64,000 nt of DNA from Anolis carolinensis (Eukaryota): the NCBI RefSeq assembly GCF_035594765.1, contig NC_085842.1, forward strand, positions 301,739,749-301,803,748. The letters are read 5' to 3'. The position numbers and the translations under genes are program-made. A model generated the notes under the pieces. It saw only the letters and a program-made list of their open reading frames with translations, did not search any database and had not been told where the DNA came from. Positions 1 to 12,157 of this stretch are shown one piece after another (position 1 is the stretch's first letter; each line of letters starts with the position of its first letter).

Positions 1-58
1 TATTAATGCAGTTTAATAATAAAATTTAACTATTTGTTATCAACTTCATCTAGCCTAA

Positions 59-275
59 GGGTGCATCTGCACTGCAAAATTAATGCAGTTTGAAACCACT
101 TTGACTGCCATGGTTCAATGCTGTGAGATCAGGGGAGTTCTAGTCTTACAGGGTCTTTAGCTTTCTCTGCCAAAGAGGGCTGAGCCCTTCCCAAACTACA
201 ATTTCCATGATTCCTTCACATTTAGCCATGGCAGTTAGAGTGCTGTCAAACTGCATTAATTCCACAGTGCAGAAG
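59..275. mobile_element. Palindromic MITE-like repeat (family also at ~5125, ~6206, ~34067, ~60640)
   Basis: Arms aattaatgcagtttgaaaccactttgactgccatgg / ccatggcagttagagtgctgtcaaactgcattaatt are inverted; central gggagttctagt...aaactacaatttcc motif is shared with the other copies. Confidence 0.7.
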
Positions 276-978
276 ACTTCGCTCTCCCCCCCTCTCTACA
301 CCATACCCTAATAGCCATATCCCTTAAAGTTGTTGTTAATAATGTATTAGCTATATATGTCATTTTTTTTGGAGTATTTCAAAAATCTATCCATTTTATT
401 TTTATTTTATCCAAACACTTGGACAGAAACGTGGATATGACAAAAGGAAGGCTCTAAAAACAAAATATGGACAGGAGGGATTCTATCATTGTAAATTGCT
501 CAAATTTTGATTAGATATTTGTCCAAAAGGTTTCATTGAGGAAGACATTAACATTGACTTTTATGTTAGATGGAAGCAGTCTGAGGAGGTTCTACTTATT
601 TAGAAAAATGGTTCAAAAGTAGTGTTTATCACTACTACTCCCAACTTCACCCAGCTAATGTGGATACTGGGAAGTTGTAGCCGAAAAATAATCTTTCCTA
701 ACCATGCTTTTGAATTGAACATGATACTTGGAGATTACATATTATCTCTTAGCGTTGCTGTAGTAGTGCCAATTGCATCAAGAAACCAAATAAAATATTA
801 ACTTCAAGTGTTATTGGTAAAGGAATGCTTTCCTACTACCACTGTCTTTGCTTAGAATAATATTTTGGTCTTTTTCTTCCTTGGGTTCCTCCCACAAATG
901 AAAACTTAGGTGTATCTGAAAAACATTGGGGACTCTTAATAATTCATACGTCAGGACCATGAAGCCCACATCCTAGAG

Positions 979-1518
979 CAATGATGGGCAACCTTTTGCG
1001 CTTGGTGTGTCAAAATTCACCAAAAAACCTAGCATGACTTGGGTGGTGTGTCACTTCAAGAAAAAACCCCCCATAATTTTACAATATGTATAGTTTAAAT
1101 AACAAAAATATATAATTGTAATATATAACTATATTCAATAAATCAAAAACTATTTACTACCATTATTTCCATGTACAACAATCTATGGTACCTCTTGCAG
1201 TTTCCATGCTGATTTCTCTCTATTCTAGTTTCAATGCAGTCATAAGCAATGAATAATAATATAATAATAATAATAATAATAATAATAGTAATAAAATGAT
1301 AATATACTACAATAATAATAGAACAATAATAGAAATCATATATATATATGTAATGTGCATAATTCCCATGGAGTAAACAACAAAACCACTGGACCAAATC
1401 ACACCAAATTTGGCCACAAAAGACATAGTCATCCAATCAATCTGCATGCAGCAGCCTGTCAGTAAAAATGGCTAGGCATGTCAGTGCTGACACGCATGTC
1501 ATAGGTTGGCCATCACTG
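979..1518. mobile_element. Non-autonomous hAT (Buster-type) DNA transposon
   Basis: TIRs caatgatgggcaacct / aggttggccatcactg; perfect 8-bp TSD tcctagag (971-978, 1519-1526) with central TA; internal (aat)n. Confidence 0.92.
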
Positions 1519-1849
1519 TCCTAGAGAGAAAATATTTATGGCATTTTGTGATCCAGTGATTTCAATTCAAAGTGGGTCATCATCCAAAACTCCATGATGG
1601 CATAATGTTCCTGTGCGACTATGTAAGCTACTATAAAGTTAACTAACTGTAATAATATATAATCATCACCCTGTGAAAGAGTCCTTAAATTCCAATACAA
1701 TTGCACCTCTCAAGTTTCCTTGGATTAGCTGCAGCTGTAAATATATTATGTCATAAGCTGTTAGCATATTATGTTATAGGCTACATGATGAAGTGAGGTA
1801 TTCTGTGTCTGTACCTTCAAGAACAGTATAAATTCAAGTATAAATTGAT

Positions 1850-2180
1850 ATCTCTCAATTTATGATGATTCCATGAATTTCAAAGGGTTTCGTTAGGCAA
1901 GAAATTTTCAGAGGTGGTTTTGCCAGTTCCTTTCTCTGAAATATAATCTATAGTAATGCTTCTCAACATGGGGTTCCCAGATGTTTTTGGTCTTCAACTC
2001 CCAGAAATCCTAACAGCTGGTAAACTGGCTGGGATTTCTGGGAGCTGTAGGCCAAAAACATCTGAGGACCTAAGGTTGAGAACCACTGATCTACAGCATC
2101 TGATATTCATTGGTGGTCTCCTATCCAAGTACTAACCAGAGTTAACAAGGCAAGATATGGTACTTTCGGGGTATTTAGGC
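1850..2180 (-). mobile_element. 5S rRNA-derived SINE (5S-Sauria-like), interrupted by a hAT MITE
   Basis: ggtctcctatccaagtactaacca (~2115-2138) is the reverse complement of the 5S internal control region; body resembles the plus-strand copy at 62766. Confidence 0.7.
1954..2088. mobile_element. 135-bp palindromic hAT MITE with SPIN/Charlie-like termini
   Basis: Right TIR aggttgagaaccactg, decayed left TIR taatgcttctcaacat; TSD atctatag/atctacag; arms inverted along almost the whole length. Confidence 0.85.
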
Positions 2181-2205
2181 CCTGACCCCATCTTCAGTTC
2201 TTCTT

Positions 2206-2356
2206 ATGCTGGATGTACACTGTTTTATAATCCAGTTTCAGAATATGGATTAACTGCATTCATCTGGATTATAGGGCAGTGTAGACTGATATAATCCAGT
2301 TCAATGCAGCTAATCCACATTCTGAAACCAGGTTGTGGGGAAGCATAGATTCAGCC
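2206..2356. mobile_element. PIF/Harbinger-like palindromic MITE (diverged)
   Basis: gctggatgtacactg...tataatccagtt repeats...catagattcagcc; same family as 2461-2610. Confidence 0.6.
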
Positions 2357-2460
2357 TTAGGAGATAGATATTGTCAAGGGCAGTGCTTTGAAATGCAAGT
2401 GTTTTGTAGTGTTGATGAGTCAGAATGATTTGGCATCTCAGGTCCAAAACCTAAAATTTA

Positions 2461-2610
2461 GGCTGGATCCACAATGCCATATAATCCAGTTTCTGAATGC
2501 AGATTATCTGATTTAAACTGGATTATATGATTCTACAGTGCTATATAATCCAATTTAAAGCAGATAATCTGCATTCAGTAACTGGATTATATGGCAGTGT
2601 AGAAAGGGCC
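2461..2610. mobile_element. PIF/Harbinger-like palindromic MITE
   Basis: Flanked by tta on both sides (2458-2460, 2611-2613); arms gccatataatccagtt...gaatgcagattatctg / cagataatctgcattc...actggattatatggc. Confidence 0.8.
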
Positions 2611-3194
2611 TTAGGGTGGCTTTGTGAGAGGTGGATGCTGATGTTTCCTTCCAAGTCTTGTCATCTGTTCTTCTCATGCTACATGATACATTAAACATAC
2701 ACTGCATTTGCACAAAGTACTCACTCAAAAGTGAGAACACATGCAAATATGCACTCACACTTTCCAGTGAGATGCTTTTACTCCCTCCCCTCCAAAGATG
2801 GACCCTCTGTCCATTTCACTGTTATGAATGCACACTCCATGTACAGTTCCCTTCCTTGTTTGTTATAATGACAAGATCAAGAAGCTCTGACAGCCTCATC
2901 TTTTCAATGTCTTAAGGAATTCAAAGGTCCATGTTGTGTGTGTATAGAAAATTAAACTAGGTACCAATTGCTAAAAAGAATATTCTTTCAATAAGTTGGG
3001 TCCCATATCATCCACACACAAGGGGGGAGGGGCTTGCTGGAAACACAGAGGTTTTCTTCATAGTTTAAAACACAGGTGGAACATGGCACCAATTCAAAGA
3101 CTGCAGTCAGATTGTTAAATACAGGTAGCATACAACTCCCTTGTTGAAACAGCTCCACTGTCTGCTATTTTTTACTGGGCACAATTCAAAGTAA

Positions 3195-3610
3195 TGGTTA
3201 TGACCTATAAAGCTTTATATGGCTCAGGTCTGGGCTATTAGGAACACTGAATTGCCCTGTATGGGTTGGTCCAGGCTCTGAGATCTTCTCTCATTCCCAT
3301 CACCACTGCAAGTGGTGGGAACATGAGAGAGGGTCTTCTTGGCAACTGATTTCTGGAACCCTCTTCCCGGGGAGGTCAGAATGGTCTCCCCTTGTTGTTC
3401 TTCTGACAGCAGGCCCAAACTTTTGAATTCAGACAGGCTTTTAATACTGAAATGGGCTAAGGTGCTGAATTTTCTAACAGCTTTTTTGTGTTGAAATTTA
3501 ATTGTTTTAATAATGGATTTAGTTTAATTATTTTTAAATATTATATTTTATTTGTTTTTAACTGTATGCATTTTAAGTTGCTAACCACTTTGTGCCCCAA
3601 AATGGAAAAA
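3195..3610 (+). mobile_element. L2-clade LINE 3' fragment (degraded)
   Basis: atgacctataaagctttatatggctcaggt ... agggtcttc ... ctggaaccctcttcc resemble the L2 ORF2 C-terminus; T-rich 3' UTR follows. Confidence 0.55.
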
Positions 3611-3804
3611 GTAGAATAACGATGATGATGATAAGATTTCAAAACTAGAAGTGGTCTCCAATTTAGGGGAATTGAAGGGGAAATGCTAGTTTGGACTCCT
3701 TCCTAAAAAAGTGGGGGTGGGTGAGAGAAAATGACCTTAAATAAGAGAATCATGCCTTTGGAGATTTCAGAAAGTGTGAGTCTCCATTTTGGGATACAAA
3801 ATGC

Positions 3805-4165
3805 CCCTTTTTGGGCAAAGTTTTGGAATGTGTGGTGGCCTCGCAACTTCAGGTGTTCTTGGAAGACACTGATGATCTAGATCCGTCGCAGTCTGGCTTC
3901 AGATTGGGGCATGCAACTGAGACAGGCTTGGTCTCCTTACTCGATGATCTATGTAGAGAACTTGACAGGGGAAATGTGTCCCTGTTGGTTCTCCTGCACG
4001 TCTCAGTGACTTTCAATACCACAGACCACCGTATCCTTCTGGGATGCCTTGTGGGAATGGGGCTTGGGGGCACTCTCTATTATGAAATAATGCCACTCAT
4101 GTAAGCTGCTCCAAGTCCCCTTCGAGGCAAGAAGGGTGGGACAGAAATGCCATAAATAAATAAAT
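3805..4165 (+). mobile_element. L2-clade LINE reverse-transcriptase fragment joined to an L2-type 3' tail
   Basis: Translation GKVLECVVASQLQ...LDPSQSGFRLGHATET...LLVLL..S..F.T.DHRILL matches non-LTR RT motifs; tail tgtaagctgctccaagtcccc...(taaa)n. Confidence 0.85.
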
Positions 4166-4844
4166 CATAAATCATATACATATATAGTATATACAAGCAA
4201 TGCAGGGAATTTCAGGAGGTCAAGAGTAATTGGCTTAAAACCCCAGTTTCAAACCTGGCACAACTTGATTTTAAATTGCACATGCAGAAATATCTCTCTC
4301 TCCATACCACTATTTTTAATCACTATTCCAAAGTCCAGTCTATTATTTTCAAGCTGTGTTTCATATGATGGGGAAGAACCCATGGGAAGGCAGTGGGATA
4401 ATCTCCTCTTTCTGATCTATGTGTGATATGACACCTGAGTAGGGCTCTTTTTCTATTTGCGCTGAACCTGGATAGGAGATGGACATACTACATTTGTGGA
4501 AATAACTCCAAAGGAATTGTCAATCTTGTCTGGAATAATGCAAGAACAGGAATAGCAAGAATACAAAAATCATTCCCTGGAATTGGGAAGAAAAAAAAAG
4601 AACATATTAAGTATCTAGGAACAATGCCAAAGGTAGGTGTGCCTTCCATAGTAATGTCTACATACCTAATCCTGTTTACCTTTGATCACGTGAAATCAGT
4701 TAAGTCAGAGGTTAATGGCTCCTAGACAGCCAGATGGCTATTATATCATACATATATGAATGTGTTGTCCTATCTTTTCCCTGGCTTCTGTTTCTGTTTT
4801 GCTACTTTCTGTTTCTCCTAGCAATAGTATATGATTTCTGTTAT

Positions 4845-5072
4845 TTGTTGTTGTGTATCTCCAACTTATTCCTGACCTATGGTGACCCTATGGAAATCCT
4901 ATCATGGTTTTTTTTTTTACAAGATTTTTTGAGAGGGAATTTGCCTTTGCCTTCCTCTGAGTCTGAGAGAGGTTATATGTACCAAAGATCACCCAGTGGA
5001 TTCCACTGCTGAGCAGGGATCCACATACTGGACTCCAGAATCATAGTTCAACATTCAGACTACTATATTGCA
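4845..5072 (-). mobile_element. Old tRNA-derived SINE with a BovB-like tail
   Basis: ctgacctatggtgaccctatg is a BovB-type 3' end on the minus strand; decayed B-box-like gcagggatccaca near 5015. Confidence 0.5.
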
Positions 5073-5657
5073 CCTTACATACTGAGAGGATAATGGGTAA
5101 AACTGAAATATGAAACACAGTCCATTTCACACTACACAGTTATAGCTTTGAAACCACTCTACCTGTTGTGACTTCCATGGAATCTTGGGATTTGTAGTTT
5201 GGTCAGTATTAGAGATATCTGGCAAAGAATAATTCCAGAATTCCCCAAGATGAGCCATGAGAGGTATAGTTATATTAAAGTCTGAATACTGAATAAAGTT
5301 ACCATATCTCAGCTTGATCTAACCCACTGGAACATTATGAGGATAAGCTATGTTGGGTGAATGAAAAAGGAAGATCTACATGTTGTCCTGGATTCATTGG
5401 AGGAAAGCCAGTCTGCAACTGTAATAAATAAATGATAATATACAGCTGTTACTTTGTGCATCAAACTTTTATTAAAATTGCATAAGAGCATCACCTGTCA
5501 CTGAGATTGCCAGATGTCTCCAATTATATGGGATGCTGTTTTGTTGAGTTCGGGAAGCTTGTACCTAATTAAATTGGTAAGGGGTTATAAGGGATGCACC
5601 ATGTTTGAGGGTTCAGTTGAGTCCCTTTTGGAAAGTAGGGCGGTATAGAAATAAAGT

Positions 5658-5685
5658 CTTGTTGTTGTTGTTGTCGTGGTGGTGG

Positions 5686-5717
<32 letters not shown>
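5658..5717. repeat. Compound microsatellite (gtt)n(ggt)n(gat)n following an L2-type tail
   Basis: Seen directly; preceded by gagtccc...agggcggtatagaaataaa. Confidence 0.9.
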
Positions 5718-6205
5718 ACTATTTTCCTTTTATATAGAATAGATGAGATACTAGCCTCAGGCCCCAATCCCCCACTGGATTTTGCAGTGCAGGCCCTTCA
5801 GAAACACAGAAGTATGTGGATCATGTAATTTAAGAATGTAAACAATATGTTGATTTTACATAGGAATCTGTGACAGAAGCTTGATCTACACTACCATACA
5901 ATGCAGGCTGGATCTACACTGCCATATAACCCAGTATTGGAATGCAGATTAACTGCATTGAACTAGATTATATGTCAGTGTAGACTCATTCTGAAATGAA
6001 TACTATACTTTGATTTAGTATTTAGGCAGAGCAGAAATATATCAAGACCTGCTTCCTGATTGTCAGTCATGAATTTTGTCTCGTTAACATTACCCATCAC
6101 CAACAGACAAAAAAATCTATTCCAAATTGCTCTTCAGCTACTGATTAATCTGTTTAGAAGTTAGAAGCTGATGGAGGCACGTTACTTCTCCATGTCTCCC
6201 CAAAC

Positions 6206-6405
6206 TGTATTCACACTGCAGTTATAGCAGTTTTGGCACCACATTAGCTGCCTAATGCTATGGAATCCTGGGATTTGTAGTTTGTGAGAGATTTACCTTT
6301 ATCAGAGCTCTGGTGTCACCACAAGCTACAAATCCCAGGATTCTATAGAATGGAGCCATGACAGTTAAAGTGGTATCAAGTTGCTATACTTTTGCAGTGT
6401 GGATG
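6206..6405. mobile_element. Palindromic MITE (same family as 59-275)
   Basis: cacactgca...ctatggaatcctgggatttgtagtttgtg / cacaagctacaaatcccaggattctatag...tgcagtgtg. Confidence 0.75.
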
Positions 6406-7321
6406 GGAGACTGGAGTCTGCTCCCAGGTAGTGGTACAATCTCCAATGGGAACCTAGCTTTTCCCTTCTCTGTTTTCTTTCTATTCAAATATGTTTTTCC
6501 ACATTAAATATCTGCTACATAATTTTCCTTTAATGCGGAGTGTGGTACTTATACCTTTCTTGCTGGTTTTTTAAAAGTTTTAAAATTTATTACTGTATAT
6601 TGTAGTGTTTATTTTTAGTATTTTATTTTCAAAAAGTAGTATTTTAAAAAATTATGTTGTAAGCTGCATTAGGTCTTACATTGGGAGAAATGCAGGAAAT
6701 TAAATACATACCATGCACACTTCACTAATTTTTTAATGGCCACAAAGAACAGGGGCCAAGAGTAAATGGATAAGTAAAGGCAATCCCAAAGGGGGAAAAA
6801 AACTGAGGGCTGGGAATACCCGTAGCCCTCTAAACCACAGGACGGAAAAGAAGGCAGCTATGTGGAGCATTGCAGGCAAGATCAAGGTTCCCTGGGTTGT
6901 TCTGCCTAGTCATATTTACTTGTAGTGTAATTATACATCAGAACTTGTGGGAGGATTTCCCCACTGTTGTCACACCAACACCTTGAAACCTGAGCATTAA
7001 ACTGAAGATGCAGAGGCGTAATGGACACTCAGCCCTTGCAATGTTTCTTTGGCAGCCACACCTCACAAGAAGCACTTACATAATCAAGCATCAATGAGAA
7101 AATGACTCACCTCATTTGTAAGAACTATGTACAAAAGCAATTGTGGCATGACATAATCTCTTTGTTGTACCAGTCTTACTTTTCTCATTAATACTTCATG
7201 AGAACATAAACAAAACACTGCAACATAATTGCACAAATGCATGTTGTGGAAAAGTATATTAAAAAGGTATCAGTTTATACAGCCATCCCTCCACAATAGC
7301 CAGTTTTAGGGGAGAAGGGCT

Positions 7322-7456
7322 NNNNNNNNNNNNNNNNNNNNNNNNNNNNNNNNNNNNNNNNNNNNNNNNNNNNNNNNNNNNNNNNNNNNNNNNNNNNNNN
7401 NNNNNNNNNNNNNNNNNNNNNNNNNNNNNNNNNNNNNNNNNNNNNNNNNNNNNNNN
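7322..7456. other. Assembly gap (N run)
   Basis: Run of n. Confidence 1.
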
Positions 7457-7887
7457 TAATAGCTCAAATACATTTTCTGGGAGAATGTGATCATATTTGG
7501 CAACCTTATATTTATGCAGACAGGTATGTCTCAATTAACAAAGTAAATGTGCACAGGCAATATTTCTTTAATCAAATATGTCTTTAATCGAAGGAATAGG
7601 CATCGTTTTTTACACTACTGAAAAGAAGCATTTTAAAAAAAAATCAAAATCAACAATATGGATATGTGAAATGAAAAAGCCAGATAAGATAACCTTGCAT
7701 AAGTAAACACTAGTCTTGTGTTTCCACAAGAACCCTCATTGTTTCCCCTATTTTAGCCCCTTTTAGTTAGAGGAAATTAGCATTTTGTGTATAGTTTTGT
7801 GGGGAGTCAGTCTAGACAGCCTCTTTCCCCTTGAAGCCTCCGTTGCCCTGCCCATTTAAGAATCTCCTCAGGGGCATAGCCTCAGGC

Positions 7888-7981
7888 AAGGCATTTCTGG
7901 TTCTTGAAATAATCAGCCTTTTTCGTGACTGAAAGGCATTTCTGGTTCTTGAAAGAATCAGCCTTTTTCGTGACTGAAAGG
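7888..7981. repeat. 45-bp tandem duplication
   Basis: ggcatttctggttcttgaaa(t/g)aatcagcctttttcgtgactgaaa occurs twice with one mismatch. Confidence 0.95.
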
Positions 7982-8716
7982 TGAATAGAGAGGAAGGCCG
8001 GAAAGTCTACAAAATAGCACATCCAGTCAGAGCTGTATTCATCTCAGAGACAGTTGAACACCATACAAGAAAGAGACAATAAGAAGAAACAAAGATTCAA
8101 CAGCCTCAGTTTGGCCAGAACTGTGTCTATCTCCCAAAGACTTTACCTCTCCTCATAAAGACTTTGTAGTGAGACTCAGGAGGAGAGAAGTCTAAAATTC
8201 CTGTCAGTTAATAAATTCATGTATGATTTAACCATATAGTCTCTGATCTGTTCCCTGCTCAGACAATTCACCTTCCAAGTAGTTAGGATAGCATGGGGGC
8301 AAAACAACCAGTATTTTGAACCTTCTAGAGACTACCTGAAGGCCTCTTCCAAAATGCATCCAGGATTGCTTTTCTTCCCGCAGTTTTCTGTTTGCTGTTC
8401 ACATCTGCTTAGTTAGGGTCTTTGGGGACAGCTGCTGTATACTTTGCTTGTTGAAAACTGCATTAGGGTCAGCTAGAGCAGAATCCTACTTTTTCCAGCC
8501 TTGGATTTTGTTTATTGCATTGTTTATTGCATGGTTGCATTCCAACACTGAAAATCTGTTTCTCCATTCTCCTTCCAATCTTTTTTATTCTAGCATGTTC
8601 CTAAAATCTTTTAGGCAGAAATGGATGTAAAGCAAGGGGGGAATGGGTGGAAGTAAATTTTTGTGAAAAGGACATTTGTTAAATGAGGTACACCTATGGA
8701 CAAAAAGACATCAATT

Positions 8717-8773
8717 AGGAAGGAAGGAAGGAAGGAAGGAAGGAAGGAAGGAAGGAAGGAAGGAAGGAAGGAG
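8717..8773. repeat. (ggaa)n microsatellite
   Basis: Seen directly. Confidence 0.97.
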
Positions 8774-10849
8774 TTTTTCTAAGTGCATTTTGTATTTTGA
8801 TTAAACACAATAACTCAACTACATCTATAATTGTGTTTGAGCAGGATCAAGACTAGCTTGAATCTGTGTCAGAAGTATTTGGACAAATGTGCTGGCTCCA
8901 TATGCAATGTCCTGGAATATACTATGGATTTATCCTCTTCCCCTTGTTACTAACTGGGTAATTGTGTGCATCATTTGACGTTTTATGCCTGAACAGATAA
9001 ATGCATTAGTTTGGCTTTCTTATACATTAATTAAAAAGACCCTTCAAACCCAAATGTGAGGAAATTTGTGTGTTTAGAGAAAATGAACTGAAGCAAAATT
9101 ACCATCTCTACTACATCCCTGCTACCACCTCTACCATCTCTCTATATTGCTAGTATGACTACCTGCTATAGAAGGGGGGGAAATAAGCATGGAGTATGAA
9201 GGCACAATGTAAGGCATGTTTGGATCATGACCTGGAGCACAATTTCCAGCCTGCCTGTTCAAATTGAATGGAAATCATGCAACATCTTAGATTTGCCATT
9301 GTAAGAAGCAGTGCAGCTTTCAGTGCCTTCAGTCAAGGGCAGCAAGAAAGATAGTGATTCAAATTCTTGGTATACTTCTGTTGGACATTACCATAAGTCA
9401 TGCTAGAGGATTTAGCAAATTCCCAGGATTTTGTTAGGTTTTCTTGGGCACCTTTATGGTAACTTCTGGTGGAAACCATTCATTGAATAACATTCTTTTA
9501 ATGCACAAGTTTCCATAGGAAATTCAGAAAATTATCCACACACATGCAAGGATACTTTCTTTAGCATTTCAAGGTTCTCCTGCATGACCTCTGGAGGGCC
9601 CAAGAAATGCCTAAATGGTTTTGTCTGAATGTGAGTCAGTGATGTTGTGAGTATCAGTTCCAAGTATATGGGTTTTTTTAGATTGTATGTCTTTGTCAGG
9701 ACTTATGATATTTGGTTGTTCTACAAATGAAAACTGGAACCACCATTCTCCTTTCATTTGTGAAATGTTGATTTGTGTGCTTATGTTACTGTAATATGCC
9801 AAGATTAATCCACTCTGAGAGAGCACATATCTCTAAATTCCCTGCACATTTGTGCAAAAACTGAACAGGGTTTTTTTTGGTATCACAATGAAAAATATTA
9901 TGCAAAAATTTTAAAATTTTTACATCTCAATTCAGATTCAAGTTGGAATTGGGTTCAGTCAGGTCCTAACCAATGTAGGCCATTATAGGCATTGTATCCA
10001 GGTCACCAGATCAGACCCAAACTGAACTGGGCCTTACAGAGTCCTTGTTAAGTGTGTTAGGAGGGGGGAAAGGTGTGGGAGCTTTGTGGAAAAAGGGATC
10101 ATGAAAATGACATTTTAATGTATTTTCTATATAATTTTATCAAATGACATTGGTTCTTCCTAAGCCATTATGTTTATAAAAGGAAAAAGGTAACACAAAT
10201 CTTTAGGAAAATCAACAAACTTAAAAGGTGAGGAGAGATAATGGGACTTGTTTGAACCTTTAATGCATTTGTTACATATCATGACATATTGCAGTTTTCA
10301 CTTTTCTCCTGCATTTACAATATCTAATCCAAACTTCTATTTTTCCAGATCTTGATTGCTGTGCTTGGTAACTGCAACATCTGACTACAAAAAGAAACTA
10401 TGGGACTTGTCATAACTTTCCCTCCTTTCCCCAAAAAGTACTTACCAACGTACTTGCTATCTGGGGAAATTTTAAAATTAAGTTCTCTAGAATAGATCTT
10501 GTTAAGGTCACCCATATGTTCTCATGTACTTTTGAAAAGTAGTATTGGGGAACTGCTATTCCTGGATTCCTAGAATGAAACTGAAGAGCAGAAAACACTG
10601 TTTTTAATTGCATCAAAAAGTTGTATTCATTATCGATATGACTTATCTTTTCTTAAGAAAAAATTAAAATGTGAGGTCAGAGGGTTGGAAAGGCTATACA
10701 TAATTAGAAGACTTTGGAATTATTTCTACAATTTCAAAAGGAGGTGGCATCTTGTAGTTCATGGAATGCAAGGAATGCAATGCAAGGAATCTGGAATGGA
10801 GTGTCACCAACAGAGACTGTCCAGATTATGTTGAGCTCTCTTGGCATTA

Positions 10850-11640
10850 AAGGCAAGCATAACCACCCTTAGGTTATCACTTCCATTGTTGAACAGCTCA
10901 AAAAGTTATTTATCCTGTAGCTTAGGACTTTATCATATTAACCTGCTATTCTAATACAATCGCACTATTATTAATAGCAAATACATACTGGTTTGAGCAC
11001 CAATATTGTACTCCTCTTCAATCATGCATGTGTGCCAATTCATGATACCACTACTGTACTTTTGCATACACTCATAACCTCACCTTCTCACCCTACTGCT
11101 GTTCTTTTATTTTTTTATTTTTAGAGCATTTATGGATTTCCAGCTTTTGAAAATAAAAAAGGCAAATATGCCTATAAAATATAAAATAGTGAGGGGAGAG
11201 AGGAGAAAGAGAGAATTCTATCCCCTGATATCACTTTACTGCCAGCATGTCGGCAAAGATGGGGAAGGGACTCTTTTCACGAAGGGAGATGACAGGAACA
11301 TTGCGGGATTGAGGGCTGTTGATGGGTTTGACTCATCAACAGTGAGGGATGGGACAATCACAGGGAGAGGCAGACTGGCAGCAGAAGGGGCATGGCAAGG
11401 CCTCATGTAAGAAAGTCTCTTTAAAGGGAATTTGGTTTTTTGGGACTCTGGAAATTTTTATGTGAAACTCTTTCTGATATTTAAACCATACTGTCACATA
11501 CACTTTCAATCTGTTCCACAGACTGTCTTTTTCAGACTGAACTTCTGCAGTTCCTTTAACCTTTCCTCATAGGACTTCATTTCCTATGGCAATCTTTTCT
11601 GACAGCTTTTGTCATCTGCCTCTGGACTTGTTCCAGCCTG
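10850..11640 (-). mobile_element. Degraded CR1 3' fragment, possibly interrupted by an old MITE
   Basis: ttccattgttgaacagctc, tttctgatatttaa, ttcctttaacctttcctcatagg resemble the minus strand of the CR1 ORF2 end. Confidence 0.4.
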
Positions 11641-12157
11641 TTTGTGTTTTAAGAAGCTAAGACATTTACCCCAAACAGAGTGTATTGAAAACATTCATTT
11701 GCTTTTTAAAAATAGCCAAATAGCTTTTGCTCAAGTCAGTATTTATAATAAACAGGTTCTTTTCCCGAATGCCATGAAATCTATGAGCCTTAAGAAACCA
11801 GATGATACCAGATTCTATTATGAATGCGCACATCTATAAAGTCTACATCTTCCCTTTCTCATTTCCAGGTCTGGTCCATGTCCCCCTTGGCTAGGCTTTT
11901 AAATAATGGATTGAAATCTGTCAGATTTGTGCATGTATTATAATTTGTGGACATTTCTAAAGCATGTTTACTCAATATGTTGCAAACATCTAAACTAGGC
12001 ATATTTTTCAATGCACCCCCCCCCCCCCCACAATCTCTACCTTTTCCTCCAAGTTGAGCCTGCAGCTATCTATCAGCGTGAGGATTCAGAAATGTAAATC
12101 AGGGTTGTCATATGTCTGAAAAAACTTGAAGGCACACAACAACAACAATTCTAATTA

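Noticed and set aside
1143-1436. ORFs with poly-Ile/Tyr/Leu tracts (also 5585, 16438, 52700)
   Set aside because: Translations of trinucleotide microsatellites
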